Assembly (NCBI RefSeq): GCF_006345805.1
Contig: NC_043012.1
Coordinates: 36,146,001-36,210,000, forward strand
Direction of reading: 5' to 3'
DNA length: 64,000 bases
Source of the DNA: Octopus sinensis
Taxonomy: Eukaryota
In this document: positions 50,523 through 64,000 of the stretch, piece by piece
How the letters are laid out: the number at the start of each line of letters is the position of its first letter
Position numbering within the stretch: the stretch's first letter is position 1
The notes under the pieces: generated by a model
What the model saw: the letters and a program-made list of their open reading frames with translations, nothing else
Told to the model about the DNA's origin: nothing
The model's database searches: none
Translations under genes and position numbers: made by a program

Positions 50523-51671
50523 AGTAAGCATATCGGCTGCTGTCGCTTGACTATGATCTATGGATAATTTCGGCAAGTGTTCAAGCCTTTTTGATCATCA
50601 TCATCGTCGTGGTCATCATCATCATCATCAACATAGTCGTCATCATCATCATCATCATCATCATCATCGTCGTCGTCGTCGTTCTCCTTTCGTCTTTCAA
50701 TTAGCAAGAGCGACAAAGCGAAATATTTCTGTCACTATTTGAAGCCGGAGAATAAAACAGTTGAACTGGAGGAACAGAGAGACAGAAACTGCGCGGAAAA
50801 CAAATACGTATATACAAGCACGCATATACATTATGTATAAATGTACACATATACATACATACGTATGTATGTATGTATGTATGTATGTATGTTATGTATG
50901 TATGTATGTACGTACATATGTACTTACGTATGTATGTACGTACGTACGTATGTATGTATAACGGTGGAATTCAAAGAGTAGTTCTCAAATATTGGTATTT
51001 CTGTTAAATGGATTAGCATCAGGGTACCATTTCCTGTTTGATTTCAAATGATACTCAACTTGTATCAAAATACTTACTGAACTGTGTAAACATGCAGAAG
51101 GAAGACGACATTTATAAATAAACAGCTTTTAACTATTCAGATTTTTATGTGAATAGGGGCGATATGAAGGAGCGGGGCGGGGTGGGGGGGCTTTGTTTCA
51201 TACGTCCAAGGCTTTTGTGTGTGCGTGTGTGTGTGGAGAGAGAGCAGAAGTGGTAGAGCAGCTGAGAAATTGTCACGTAGTTTACGCCGCTTTGTGATTT
51301 GAGCTCTAATCCTACCTGGTGCAATTCCATCTTTCATTCTTGGTCTTCAGTATTTTTCTTTTTCCTTTATTTTTTATTCTTTTTTTTTTTTACCATTTTT
51401 ACGTGGATTACAGAATCGAGAAAAAAAGAAGACAGATAAATATAACACGCTGGGGAGTTGCGTGGCTCAGTGGTTAAGAAATCGGATTCACGATCGTAAG
51501 ATAGCGCTTTCGATTCTTGGACCGGGCGATGCGTTGTGTTCTTGAGCAAAACACTTCATTTCACTTTGCTACAGACCACTCAGCAGCTAAAAACGAGTTG
51601 ATCCTGCAAACTATATTGCAACTATATATATATATATATATATATATAGATATATATATATGATATATATA

Positions 51672-51965
51672 TAGTGGGCGGATAAGCACGGCGGCCAAGT
51701 CTTGGGTGGACTTTAAAACTGATGCCAACATCATTTGCGCAATATTGTACGCTTACTCTCTCTTTTACTCTTTTACTTGTTTCAGTCATTTGACTGTGGC
51801 CATGCTGGAGTACCGCCTTTAGTCGAGCAAATCTTTGGAAGCCTTGTACTTATTCTATCGGTCTCTTTTGCCGAACCGCTAAGTTACGGGGACGTAAACA
51901 CACCACCATCGGTTGTCAAGCGATGTTGGGGGGACAAACACAGACACACAAACATATACACACAC
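51672..51965. repeat. Duplicated LINE-fragment/SINE junction, copy 1 (copy 2 at 57310-57598)
   Basis: Both copies share the same LINE piece, the same junction into SINE B and the same internal SINE deletion (gagcaaatc|tttggaagcc). Confidence 0.85.
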
Positions 51966-51970
51966 GCACT

Positions 51971-52030
<60 letters not shown>

Positions 52031-52367
52031 TATATATATATAGATACAGTGCTTCCTGTCCAATGTGGGGAGTTACCGCATGAAAACCGGGAACCGACCT
52101 TCTAGGTCTTCATGATTCAGGAAGGAGCTTTATCCATTTTTAAGGCGGAGCGCTGCCAGAATCGCTGGCGCACGACACAAAATACTTAGCAGCATTTCAT
52201 CTGTCATTACGTTCTGAGTTCAAATTCCGTCAAGGTCGATTTTGTCTTATATCCTTTGGGGTCGATAAATTAAGTTCCAGTTAGGCACTGGGGTCGATGT
52301 AATCGACTAGTTCCCCTCCCCCAAAATTTCAGGACTTGTGCCTATAATAGAAAGGATTATTATTATT

Positions 52368-52932
52368 GAGTGAGCGAGCAGAGCATGCCATCAAAGTGAC
52401 ACTGGGGTAAAATATACGAAGCCCAGTATACCCATCATGACTACCCGTCTGATAAGGGTACACTAGGCACATGCATCACAACCATATGTGCGCGACATGG
52501 TGATCTCATATCAAGATAAACAGCACATGACCTTGCAGGTGGAGCCCAGGTTAGAATTTTCTTCAGATCGAGTTACCCATCCCGCTCACTGCAAAAGGTC
52601 CCTGAATAAGGGTTGTTTAAGGACGTTGAAACGAAACCACCCATGTTTACAGAGGTGAATTATTCAAACCCCAAAAGAATCTTCTCAACACATGGCTATG
52701 ATGCTCCCCCACTACTTCTGCTCGTGATCAGAGATGCACATATCGTAAGCAACTAAGGGGACATGCTCAACTGGTTAAGGTCAAACAACTGACAAGCAAA
52801 TCTGTGGTTATTGAGCAGAATATTTGCTGTAGCCCATCTTTTTATACCAAGACAAAACAATGTACATGAACACTTCCAATCAGTTAAGATCAGAAGCCAT
52901 GAGAGCCACTGCATGGTACTGCATCAGGCATT
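52368..52932 (-). mobile_element. ~560-bp non-coding interspersed element, copy 2
   Basis: Same termini as 16297-16853, flanked by ATT repeats, with a Helitron inserted just beyond its right end. Confidence 0.85.
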
Positions 52933-52942
52933 TATTATATTA

Positions 52943-53323
52943 CTAGCAGTATCGCCCGGCGTTGCTCAGGTTTGTAAGGGAAATAACTATAAGCATTTGT
53001 AGAGAGTTATAGCCAAAAAATAGCAAAAAAATGGGAAAAAAAATGATGGTAAATTTTTTGAGAGTTAAAAAAGGTGGAGTTGCGTCCCCTGACAGTTTGT
53101 GGTTTGTGGTTCTGATTCTCGACCCATGTCGAATTTAGCGCTATTTTTCAGAACTGGGGAACTTTTCAAAATTTTTCGCTGCGTTAGTTTTGAATTATGA
53201 CCATTGGGCTATGTGTGTGTCAAGTTTCATCAGAATCGGTTGAAAGCCGTGGTAGGGGTGAGGGTACAAGCAAAAACAGAAAACAGAAACACGCACAGAC
53301 AAAAGCCGTTTATATATAGAGAG

Positions 53324-53324
<1 letters not shown>
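52943..53324 (-). mobile_element. Non-autonomous Helitron (shorter variant)
   Basis: On the minus strand it starts A|TC at 53324 and ends CTAG|T at 52943, with the subterminal gcaacgccgggcg hairpin remnant; it shares its body with 23741-24472. Confidence 0.82.
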
Positions 53325-53360
<36 letters not shown>

Positions 53361-53735
53361 TAGTATTATTATTATTATATTGCTAAAAGCGGCATCTTTC
53401 AGACTCGTTTTGATGCCGGACAAAATATTTGGCAACAGTTTGTCCGTTTTCACGTTCTGAGTTCAAATTCCGCCGAGGTCGCCTTTGCCGTTCATCCTTT
53501 CGTGATCGATAAATTAAGTACCAGTAGAATGCTGGGGTCGATGTAATCGACTAGTCCCCTGCCCCCAAAACTTCAGGCTTTGTGCCTTTAGGAGAAAGGC
53601 TTATCGTTATCATTGCTAAGGCGGCGAACTGGCAGACTCGTTGGCAGTATTTCGTCTGTCTTTGCGATCTGAATTCAAATCACTCCGAGATCGATTTCAT
53701 CTTTCTTTCTTTCAGGATCGGTAAATTAAGAACAT

Positions 53736-53919
53736 GCGTAGGAGTGGCTGTGTGGTAAGTAGCTTGCTTACCAACCACATGGTTCTGGATTCAGTCCCAC
53801 TGCGTGGCACCTGGGCAAGTGTCTTCTACTATAGCCTCGGGCCGACCAAAGCCTTGTGAGTGGATTTGGTAGACGAAAACTGAAAGAAGCCCGTCGTATA
53901 TAGGATGGGTATATATATA

Positions 53920-53994
<75 letters not shown>

Positions 53995-54256
53995 ATATAT
54001 ATATATTATATATATATATATATATATATGTGTGGGGTATGTAGGTATGTATGTTTGTGTGTCTGTGTTTGCCCCACCAACATCGCTTGACAAGCGATGC
54101 TGGTGTGTTTACGTTCCCGTAACTTAGCGGTTCGGCAAAAGAGAACCGATAGAACAAGTACTAGGCTTACAAAGAATGAGTCCTGCTTTTGATTTGCTCG
54201 ACTAAAGGCGGTGCTCTAGCATGGCCACAGTCAAGTGACTGAAACAAGTAAAAGAG
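53736..54256 (+). mobile_element. tRNA-derived SINE family B with an internal microsatellite
   Basis: Head gtggctgtgtggtaag..ggttcagtcccactgcgtggcacc, (TA)n middle, tail gaaacaagtaaaagag. Full copies at 57398-57768 and 62019-62413 (both minus); fragments near 20.2, 24.7, 40.2, 51.8, 54.4 and 59.1 kb. Confidence 0.85.
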
Positions 54257-54718
54257 TAGTTTAAACAATGGGGTCGACGTAATCCCCTAGCCCCCCCCCT
54301 CAAAATTCAGGCCTTGTGCCTGTCTTAGAAAGGATTCTGTAGTTACGTCTCTTTTAATTCTGCCTTCTGAATGCAACATTTTTATCATTCGCACTTTTTC
54401 AGTCTTTTTTTCTTCTTTTTCTTTTCATTTCAACAGGCGCAGGTGTGGCCGTGTGGTAAGAAGTTTGCTTCCCAACCGCTTGGTTCCAGGTTCAGTCCCA
54501 TTGCGTGACACCTTGGGAAAGTTGTGGCCATCCCGTCCTTTTAGGGATATAGAGAAATATTTTATCCAATGACACACACATACACACTGCCAGAGATAGA
54601 TAGATGAATACACTGACACTCACACACACACACACACACACATACATACATACATACATACATACATACATACATACATACATGCATGCATGCATGCATA
54701 CATACATACATACATACA

Positions 54719-54765
<47 letters not shown>

Positions 54766-54766
<1 letters not shown>

Positions 54767-54973
54767 AAGTTAATCCAAACAAGAAAACATAAAAAAAACA
54801 CAACAACGCGAGGACGTGGAACAAATAAAGTATTATTGGACGCTCAGGAAAGAAGGACAAGAAGGAGGGTTTAAGTTTCGAGCGAGAGCTTTCGCGGAAA
54901 CATAGAAGAAGGAAAGATCCAAGAAGGGAAGACAGAGGAAAAAAAAATTGCCAACGGTACACACGAGGTCACA

Positions 54974-54975
<2 letters not shown>
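54766..54975 (-). mobile_element. Second copy of the 1640 family with a degenerate hammerhead (54869-54901)
   Basis: The minus strand reads gttt-ccgcga-a-agc.tctc.gct-c-gaaac-tt-aaac, a decayed version of the 1701 motif; the 3' end abuts (TA)n. Confidence 0.65.
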
Positions 54976-55004
<29 letters not shown>

Positions 55005-55495
55005 CATACATACATACATACATACATACATACATACATACATACATACATACATACAAACGAACGGACGGACGGACGAATAGACAGACAGACAGACAGA
55101 CAGGCCGACAGGTAGGTAGGTAGGTAGGTAGGCAGGCAGGCAGAGAGACAAACAGACAGATAGCATGCTGTTATTAGACACATATAGACAAACATTTCGG
55201 GGTTTGAAGGTGGGGGGGGCTTATATAAAAAAGCTAAACATCTATGAATAAAAGCGAATTTTTAGATTAAATAAATGACCAAATAAATAAATTGGTAAAT
55301 AAAAAAATGTCGGTGCCAATTTTAAGACTGTAAATGTCAAAAAGTGTAAGATTTTGGTAATTTGTCAGCTTCACAATAGAGAGAAAGACTCTTGGGGAGT
55401 TAACGATATGTTTCAGAAGATGGTATTTGTTGGTGGAAACGAAAAGTCTGCTTCCGCATCCTTATAAAAGTTTGATGGCTTCTAGTGTCTATTAC

Positions 55496-55539
<44 letters not shown>

Positions 55540-55799
55540 ATATATATAAACGAATGCTTGGATGTGTGTATATATATGCATATATATATATATATGCATT
55601 CATACATACATATATTATGCATATACGTAAATGTGCAAGCAGATGTAGGTAAGCACACAAGCACACACACACAACACACACACACATGCACGCATGCACG
55701 CACGCGCACGCACACACACTTATATAAAAAATATATCCCAAACACTTTCAGAAACTGATATCAACTGTACATGAAGAAAGCCATCCCAAACCCAGTCGT

Positions 55800-56185
55800 T
55801 GTATTTTGTAATTCAAAAGCTATAATATATGAAGCAGAGGTTAACTCTACCAAAACAAACGCTACTTAGGCATGACCGAAGGATTGTTTAAAGAAAAGAA
55901 TTATAAACACACTACCTCTTTTAGACTTTAAAAAATTTAAACAAATATGACGACATTATCCAATTGTATCTGACATTTAAAAGACAACTTCAGGTTACAA
56001 CATCAAATAGAAAGGTCGTTGAACGATTGAGGCCTCATAGGAACAGAAATAAGAGATATGAACTTTGCGCAGCCGAAAGTATTTTCTTCCTTAAAAGCCT
56101 AAATGATTCCGATCAGTACTTGAATACTCGGTCTGAAATCTTTGCAATGTGTGGATACTTTGTCAAGAATTCTGTCGTGTAAATA
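55800..56185 (+). mobile_element. Penelope-like GIY-YIG endonuclease fragment, decayed
   Basis: Frameshifted CNSKAIIYEAEV / RYLGMTEGLFKEKNYKHTTSFR / ELCAAESIFFLK...LNTRSEIFAMC matches the C-terminal PLE endonuclease pattern. Confidence 0.72.
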
Positions 56186-57079
56186 GTCCTCAGCACAGCT
56201 GCCCGGCCAGACCTAATAACACACCCTATCTATCCACATTGCAGTTTCCTTCTACCTTTTTCTACTCCTTGATATCTAATCACAGCAAGCGAGTGTTTAT
56301 ACGCGCGTGTCAACATCAAGTTTGATTAACTAACTATATTTCACGGCGAGCTGGCAGAAACGTTAGCGCGCCGGGCGAAATGCGTAGCTGTAGTTTGTCT
56401 GCCGTTACCTTCTGGGTTCAAATTCCGCCGAGGTCAACTTTGCCTTTCATCCTTTCGGGGTCGATAAATTAAGTACCAGTTACGCACTTGGGTCGATGTA
56501 ATCGACTCAACCCGTTTGTCTGTCCTCTCTATGTTTAGCCCCTTGTGGGTAGTAAAAAAATATATATTTCACTCTTAACGCTCATAACTTTATTCGCTTC
56601 ATTGATTTACTTCCTTCCCCCACTCCTCTATCATCAAACTTGCCTTTATCCTACATTTTTATTTTATATATTCATTCGTTTTTGTTGTGTTTTTTTCTTT
56701 GTTTCTCCTTATTTTCCTTCTCGTATCACTGTAACATCTGAAGGGAAATAACTTAATGTTTATCTCATAAGATTTATGCCCCATGTGTTGAGAAGTGTGG
56801 TTACTTAGCAACAGTAATGATTATAATAATTATTATAATGACAATATGTACGCGTGTATTTCTCAATTTCTGTATTTGCAGTCAGGTGACCAGTCCGTTC
56901 TGTAGCAGCAGGATAATTATTGCTGAAAGAAATATGCAAGAAAATAAAAGATATAGAGTAATGCTCATGTAATACAGAAAACTATATGTTTGAAGTAATA
57001 ACTTCGAAAGGTTTCGGCCAGTATAGGCCCAGGCCATGTCTAACTCAATGGCACCACCTGGTGAAGTATTTTAGTCATA

Positions 57080-57345
57080 TATGAGGCACCTTGGCCCATT
57101 CTAACAAAGAGTTATTATTGTTGGTGACATATCCGGGTGTAGGAGATTGGTCAGGGATTTTTGGGGAGAAATTTTTCCAGAGAACTTTTAAATTTCATTG
57201 GATCCGTTTCTGTTTTGACGTATTTTGGTATGTTATTAAAGAGAGCTGGACTGGTTGAGGTAAAGTTGTTGTGACGTAATGTTGTTATGTGTTCTGAGTT
57301 CGAATTTCGTAGTGGGCGGATAAGCACGGGGGCCAAGTCTTGGGT
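57080..57345 (-). mobile_element. CR1/L2-group LINE C-terminal fragment
   Basis: SPALFNNIPKYVK...FKSSLEKFL then (frameshift) PDQSPTPGYVTNNNNSL; matches the LFN.LP...FK..L..FL...PD C-terminal motif. Confidence 0.65.
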
Positions 57346-58125
57346 GGACTTTAAAACTGATGCCAACATCATTTGTGCAATATTGTACGCTTAAATCTCT
57401 CTTTTACTCGTTTCAGTGGCCATGCTGGAGCACCGCCTTTAGTCGAGCAAATCTTTGGAAGCCTTGTACTTATTCTATCGGACTCTTTTGCCGAACCGCT
57501 AAGTTACGGGGACGTAAACACACCACCATCTGTTGTCAAGCGATGTTGGGGGACAAACATAGACACACAAACATATACACACACACACATACATACATAT
57601 ATATACGACGGGCTTCTTTCAGTTTCCGTCTACCAAATTCACTCACAAGCCTTTGGTCGGTCCGAGACAATAGTAGAAGACACTTGCCCAAGGTGCCACG
57701 CAGTGGGACTGAACCCAGAACCATGTGGTTCGTAAGCAAGCTACTTACCACACAGCCACTCCTACGCCTATTGATTGTATATTTTCCACTAAGGTGCATC
57801 TGTTGAGGACGAGTTGTCAAGGCAAGCAAAACATTATCTTTTTGAGAGCAATTGTAGGAGAAAAGTGCTGTATTTGGACACTAATAGTGGATAACAGAAT
57901 GACAACGCCACGCATATATTACGCGCGCGCACATACGACAAAATATATAGATGCATACATATATACAAAAATATATGCATGCTTGTATGTATGTATCATA
58001 TTATATATATATAATTTATATTGTATTTGAGAGTATATGACACACACACCTATATAATATATACACAAATATAATGTGTGTGTGCGTGTGTGTGTGTGTG
58101 TGTGAGTGTGTGTGTGTGGGTGTGT

Positions 58126-58434
58126 GGAGGCGCAATAGCCCAGTGTTTAGGGTAGCGAACTCGCTGTCGTAGGATCGCGGTTTCGATTCCCAGACCGGGC
58201 GTTGTGAGTGTTTATTGAGCGAAAACACCTAAGGCTCCACGAGGCTCCAGCAGGGGGGGGTGGCGATCCCTGCTGTACTCTTTCGCCACAACTTTCTCTC
58301 ACTCTTTCTTCTGTTGGCCTGCTCGCCTAGCCAGAGGGGTGGCGTCATTTGAAGGCTAAAACAATGCGAAGCGCATTGTGACCAGCGATGTGTAGCAACA
58401 TCTGATAGCCTGGTCGGTCATGTGATCACGTGAT
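58126..58434 (+). mobile_element. tRNA-derived SINE family D
   Basis: ggaggcgcaat.gcccagt..ttagg...ggtttcgattcccagaccgggc head; decayed minus-strand copies at ~9.6-10.0 kb and ~30.8-30.9 kb. Confidence 0.75.
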
Positions 58435-58439
58435 TATAC

Positions 58440-58498
<59 letters not shown>

Positions 58499-59336
58499 TA
58501 CACACATGCTTATGTTTAGATGTTGTGTGTGTGTGTGTGTGTGTGTGTTAAAGGCGGCATATGTAGATAACATCTACACGTGCCTCACAATACAAACCAA
58601 AACTCATCAAAAACAAGTTATTTTTCACTGAATGGCCATGTAAAAGAAAAGAAAACAAACTGGGAGAATCTTGAATATATCAATCACAGCAGATATGCAT
58701 ATATTTACCTTAATCCGGGACAAAAGGTTATGTTTCAATGTTTAGGGAGGTTTCTTAACCGGAAGGGAATTAAACCAAATTGCAGTGATATAGTACGAGA
58801 TATACCAGACATCTGCATCATTATGGGTGGGTGGGTGTAAAACCTATGGAAGGAACAGTGGGGTGAGATGGGGCATTGTATATGAGAAGACCGAAATTCT
58901 TGCTTATTGGAACTGTTAAAACCCTCTAAATTGCTCGACCGAATAAGATATGAATTTGTAAATTTAAATCCAAGAACGAGATACGAATGTGTGTGTACGC
59001 GCCTACATGTGTGTGTGTTTAGATACATGTTTGCTCATAATTACCCACCCCACCCATCACTTAACAACCGGTGTTTATTCGTTTACGTCCCTGTAATATA
59101 GGGATTCGGCAAAAAATTTTTAAAAAAAGGCCGATGGAGTAAGTACCAGGTTTTAAGAAAATAAATTCTGGGCTAGATTCGTTTGACTGAAACTCTTCAA
59201 GGTGGCGAACTGTCATGGCCGCCGCCGCCGAACGACTGAAACAAGTGACGTATAAAACACATACACACACACATTATGTATTTCATGTATAGGCGTGTGT
59301 ACAAGGTGTATATATACATATATATTTATATATTAT

Positions 59337-59368
<32 letters not shown>

Positions 59369-59517
59369 ATTATAATATAACATCACATATATATACATAT
59401 ATATACATATATATATATATATAATATAATATATATATATATAATTATATATATATATATGTATATAATATATAATATATATATATATATATATAATATA
59501 TATATATAATATATATT

Positions 59518-59551
<34 letters not shown>

Positions 59552-60819
59552 AAGACACACACATATATGTGCATAAATATTTAAGCCCTTGTGTGCACGT
59601 GTGTGTGTCTGTGCCACTAGAACGTTATTTATTGTTAGAAAGCTGGTAAGTTCGTGCAGCCATCACTGTCACAAGAGGTTAGATGGGGAATGGAGTGGAG
59701 TTCGGCTATTATGTGTGTTAATTACAACCTATAAAAATATAACTATATTACTTAGGAGCGACAATCCTGTTGACATGACATTACATAAATTACTGTCTTT
59801 ACTAAACATGGCCGAGATCTCACACTTTAGCGCGACAGCGGTAACACACGACCTACCACCGCTCTACCATCGCTCCACCCTCGTACAATCATTCCACCAA
59901 TATACTGCCGTAGACATTTCAAATACATATGCAAGTATTTGGTAAATTTGGGTAAGATTTTTATCTTAGCGATAAAAGCCGCCACCAACGCCCAAATGCA
60001 ATATTCCAACATGGCAGGCGAAATTACAAATGGCATTTATATATCATATTTGTTGAAGTTTTTTTTTTTGTTTCGTGTAGTTTTTGCAGGATGGATGGGT
60101 GGAGGTTATATAAGCATATGTGTGTTTAAATACTTGTAAGCATGCATATGTATGTGTATGTGTGTGTTTATATATATATATATATATATATTATACTGGC
60201 TTGACAGACTGTAGTTATATGTCTGTATAAATTTTTTAGTTTGGATAATTTAATAAAGCAATTTATTGGTTTCTAACGTTAGTACCGGGTCACAAATTAT
60301 GGTAAAGAAAGAGAAGAGAGGGTATGTGCACGACCCCTCCGTCCCCTTCCCCTAGTACTTGACACATAATTATTCTATTGACCCCGTTATGGTGAAAAGT
60401 GAAGTGGATCTAAGAAGAATTTGAACTCATGAAGGAAAGGGGATTTTGGTAAATATTGATGTGTTACAAGACACAAAGCCATGGAAGTAAGCTGCAGGAG
60501 AGAATGATATATTTGGTAAAGTTAGTCCCTAATATTTTACTGGTATTTTATTTTATCTATCCCTGAAAGATAAAAGACACCGTCGACCTCGGAGAGATTC
60601 GAAGTCAGGACATAAAGAAACTAAATGCCGTAAGTTATTTCATCGATTCTCAATCAAGTCTACAAGCTACCGCCCTTAATTTATCAAGTTATATGAATAA
60701 GTAACCCTTATGCTTTATTAAAAAAGCACATGGGCATTCATTTAAAAGAAGATGATGAAGTCGATTTCAATGACTTTGTTTTATCTTCCCCGGTTTAAAA
60801 GGATCCCCGGCTGGGGTGA

Positions 60820-61000
60820 TGGGTCGTGCCAGCCGACCATATACCACATGGTCACGGCGAATGTTGAAGCATCTCGCAGAAATGGGGACTGACTGGGACA
60901 CTGTTCAGAGGGTTGACCAAAACGACCCGAGCAAATACCAACAAATGATACATGCAGCATGCCTCCACACGTACTTGACCTGACCTGACCTGACCTGACT
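60820..61000 (+). mobile_element. RTE-type LINE 3' end with a (TGACC)n tail
   Basis: GRASRPYTTWSRRMLKHLAEMGTDWDTVQRV... resembles the RTE GRP.TTW terminal region; it is followed by five TGACC/TGACT units (60976-61000). Confidence 0.6.
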
Positions 61001-61249
61001 CGATCTGAATAACGTGAGCCAAGGTCAACCCCAGTGAGATTGGAACTCAGAACATTGATTGTACGTAACTAAATACCATCGGGTCAGTAATTTCTTTCCG
61101 CCTCTCTACCAGTTCGACCATCCACTGTTCTTATTATTTGCTAATAATTCTCTTCTTAGCCTGTTTTCTGAGGCTGCTGCTCTTCAACGATAGCGCACCC
61201 GATACAATAATCAAGACTTTTTTCCATTGAGAGGGACCTTCCTGTCAAA

Positions 61250-61780
61250 ATGATTATCTAAGAGACGGGCCCCTATATTTCCACAGCCTATGCAGGCTGG
61301 TCAACTCCTCTGTTACAACACATACTCCTTTGTGGGCACACGTCTTTTATGAAATAGCGTGCAGCAAACGTGACAGGAATATTTGGCAGCTGTACATCTC
61401 AGTCAAAGAGCATCTCTACACGCGTCTTTCATCAGTCAAAAGGCACCAGAACAGCCGCTTGTACAACGCCATCACTTTTATCTTTACAGTTGCAGACCGA
61501 AATTACGGTAATTTGCGGATTAAGGAAACAATCCTTATCAGACTATGTAAACCAACTATCAATAATCGACAAGAATTATATGAAAAACGTTAGCTAAGCA
61601 AGCCACTACCATCGGACTTGGTGCAACGCAAAATACTTTATTTTCTCTGCGTTTCGTATACAAATCGTACTAATGCAGACACGAAGCTCTGGCAAACTAA
61701 GGTCTCATTTCTATTCTCTTCACCAAAGACTAGATCTTTTGGGGGCCGAAACATGATGAATATTAAATGTTTTAAAACAA
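61250..61780 (+). mobile_element. Penelope-like element 3' fragment (GIY-YIG endonuclease plus hammerhead remnant)
   Basis: VFYEIACSK...YISVKEHLYTRL...LRIKETILIRLCKPTIN matches the PLE VY.I.C/YIG/R..E..LI...P..N pattern. Downstream ttcac...ggccGAAACATG (61719-61760) looks like a decayed hammerhead. Confidence 0.7.
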
Positions 61781-61939
61781 AAGTTTTATTGTGATTTGCA
61801 TCTCTATTTAATCCATTCTTAATTTCATTGCTGAAGTCTTTATTCTATGTTCCACCACTTCAACTAGACAACAACAGTTGTATACACATACACAGTCACA
61901 AATACAAATACACATACACACATATATCCCCCGCACGCG

Positions 61940-61970
<31 letters not shown>

Positions 61971-63210
61971 ATATACGGAGTTTTAGATTTATACCCATAA
62001 TTCTTTTTACCTATATTACTCTTACTTGTTTCAGTCATTTGACTGCTGCCATGCTGGAGCACCGCCTTTAGTCGAGCAAATCGACCCCAGGACTTATTCT
62101 TTGTAAGCCCAGTACTTATTCTATCAGTCTCTTTTGCTGAACCGCTAAGTTACGGGGACGTAAACACACCAGCATCGGTTGTCAAGCAATGCTAGGGGTA
62201 CAAACACAGACACACAAACACACATACGCACACACGTATATACATACATACGACAGGCTTCTTTCAGTCTCCGTCTACCAAATCCACTCACAAGGCATTG
62301 GTCGGCCCGAGGCTATAGCAGAAGACACTTGCCCAAGATGTCACGCAGTGGGACTGAACCCGGAACCATGTGGTTGATTAGCAAGCTACTTACCACACAG
62401 CCACTCCTGTGCCTATATTCTAATAGCTTCTTTCCTTGAAATGCTGCTCTCTGGAACTCATTGCCATCGTCTTGTTTTTCTCTTTGCTTCTCAACTGTTG
62501 GGTTTTTTTGTTCGTTTGTTTTTCGTTTTTGTTTTTGTCTTTCAACTCTTGGCTGCTATTTTACTCGGGGAGGGGGCACCCCATAGCCATTCAATGTTTA
62601 CAAAAAATCCCCATATATTTTTATAATGAAATATTATTAGCAGTAGTATATAAAAAAATTTGTTAAAATATTTTGCGTATTGTAGGAATTTAAGCAATTT
62701 GCTGCTGATAAACTTTAGCAACAAAATCTCTTATGGACCCCAATTGAGACCCCACTGTTCTAGGCTGTAATATTCAATCTTTTAAACTTTCTCTTAATCA
62801 ACATCTTTTGAATTTGTAGGCCCTTCTTTTTCTTCTTTTTAGTCCCTTACGCTGCAGTGACCTCAAACCTTTCCTGAGACAAAATCTATGAAAAAAAGAA
62901 GAAAAAATTATCAACACCCTTGATTATGTAATTAAACTGTCTCAACATCCATTTAAGACGGTGGGTTTCACAAAACCAAAAAGGATCTGGTTAATTGAAT
63001 AATAATTACAAGGATAAGCCATTCATGTTGCTGCGAAAATATGTTAATTATTCCAGAAGTGTTTTTGCATGTAATGAATGAATAAGTGCATATATGCACG
63101 GGTGGGTATGAGAAATGTGTTCGGGTGGATATGCGTTAAAGAAAATACAGGCATTAACATGTGGGATTATATTCATATATATGTATTTATATATATATAT
63201 ATATTATATG

Positions 63211-63255
<45 letters not shown>

Positions 63256-63280
63256 TTATATATATATATATATATGTATT

Positions 63281-63315
<35 letters not shown>

Positions 63316-64000
63316 CACACACACATATTATATATTGTGTGTGTGCATATTGTATATGCATAACTTTCTATGCATGCATGTGTGCGTGTATGTTTGTATA
63401 TATAATATTGTGTGTGTGTGTGTGTTTATATGTACATATGCGTGCACGTAAGCATACACATATTTGCATACATACATGCACATAACACACACATACATAC
63501 ATACATACATACATACATACATACATACATACATACATACATACATACATACGTATATACATACATACATACATACGTACATACATACATACATACATAC
63601 ATACATACATACATACATACATACATACATACATACATACATACATACATACATACATACATACGTACGTACATACATACATACATACATACATACATAC
63701 ATACATACATACATACATACATACATACGTACATGCATACATGCATACATACATACATACATACATACATACATACATACATACATACATACATACATAC
63801 ACACATACACACGAAGTTATATACATTTCACAGAGAGGTTATGGCTTCTGGTGGGGTCAACGAACGATGCTTTACATCTCCAGCGTTTTTGACGATCACC
63901 ACCAAGCTCCACCACCAATCTTCACCACCAGCCCTGAGGCAGTCTTCCTTCCCTTTCTTTGTCTCTCTATTGTGTGTGTGTGTGTGTGTGTATGATTGTG

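Overview
AT-rich, microsatellite- and SINE-dense eukaryotic DNA; the repeat content suggests a coleoid cephalopod such as Octopus (inference). The only well-supported protein-coding gene is the 3' part of an F-spondin/spondin-1-like gene on the + strand: nine phase-consistent GT-AG exons from 851 to 32011 encoding the C-terminal half of the Spondin_N domain, TSP1, TSP1, Kunitz, TSP1, TSP1 and a short tail. Its 5' exons lie upstream of the window. The rest is transposon debris: a near-full-length mariner-type element, a DD41D transposase fragment with an in-frame 21-bp expansion, RTE, CR1/L2-like and Penelope-like (PLE) fragments, two non-autonomous Helitrons, many tRNA-derived SINEs, several foldback elements and long simple repeats. 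Almost all ORFs in the supplied track are microsatellite artefacts. The most striking signal is a dense set of minimal type-I hammerhead ribozyme motifs with palindromic stem III (1701+, 13929-, 23230-, 34159-, 34480+, 40713-, plus degenerate copies). They sit in several distinct small elements, including a palindromic tRNA-headed dimer and a ~360-bp foldback capped by a hammerhead, in the same window as PLE RT/endonuclease remnants. Other items of interest are a cluster of nuclear-receptor half-sites, microsatellite-targeted insertions, and an apparent CpG-decay boundary near 45 kb beside a promoter-like region.
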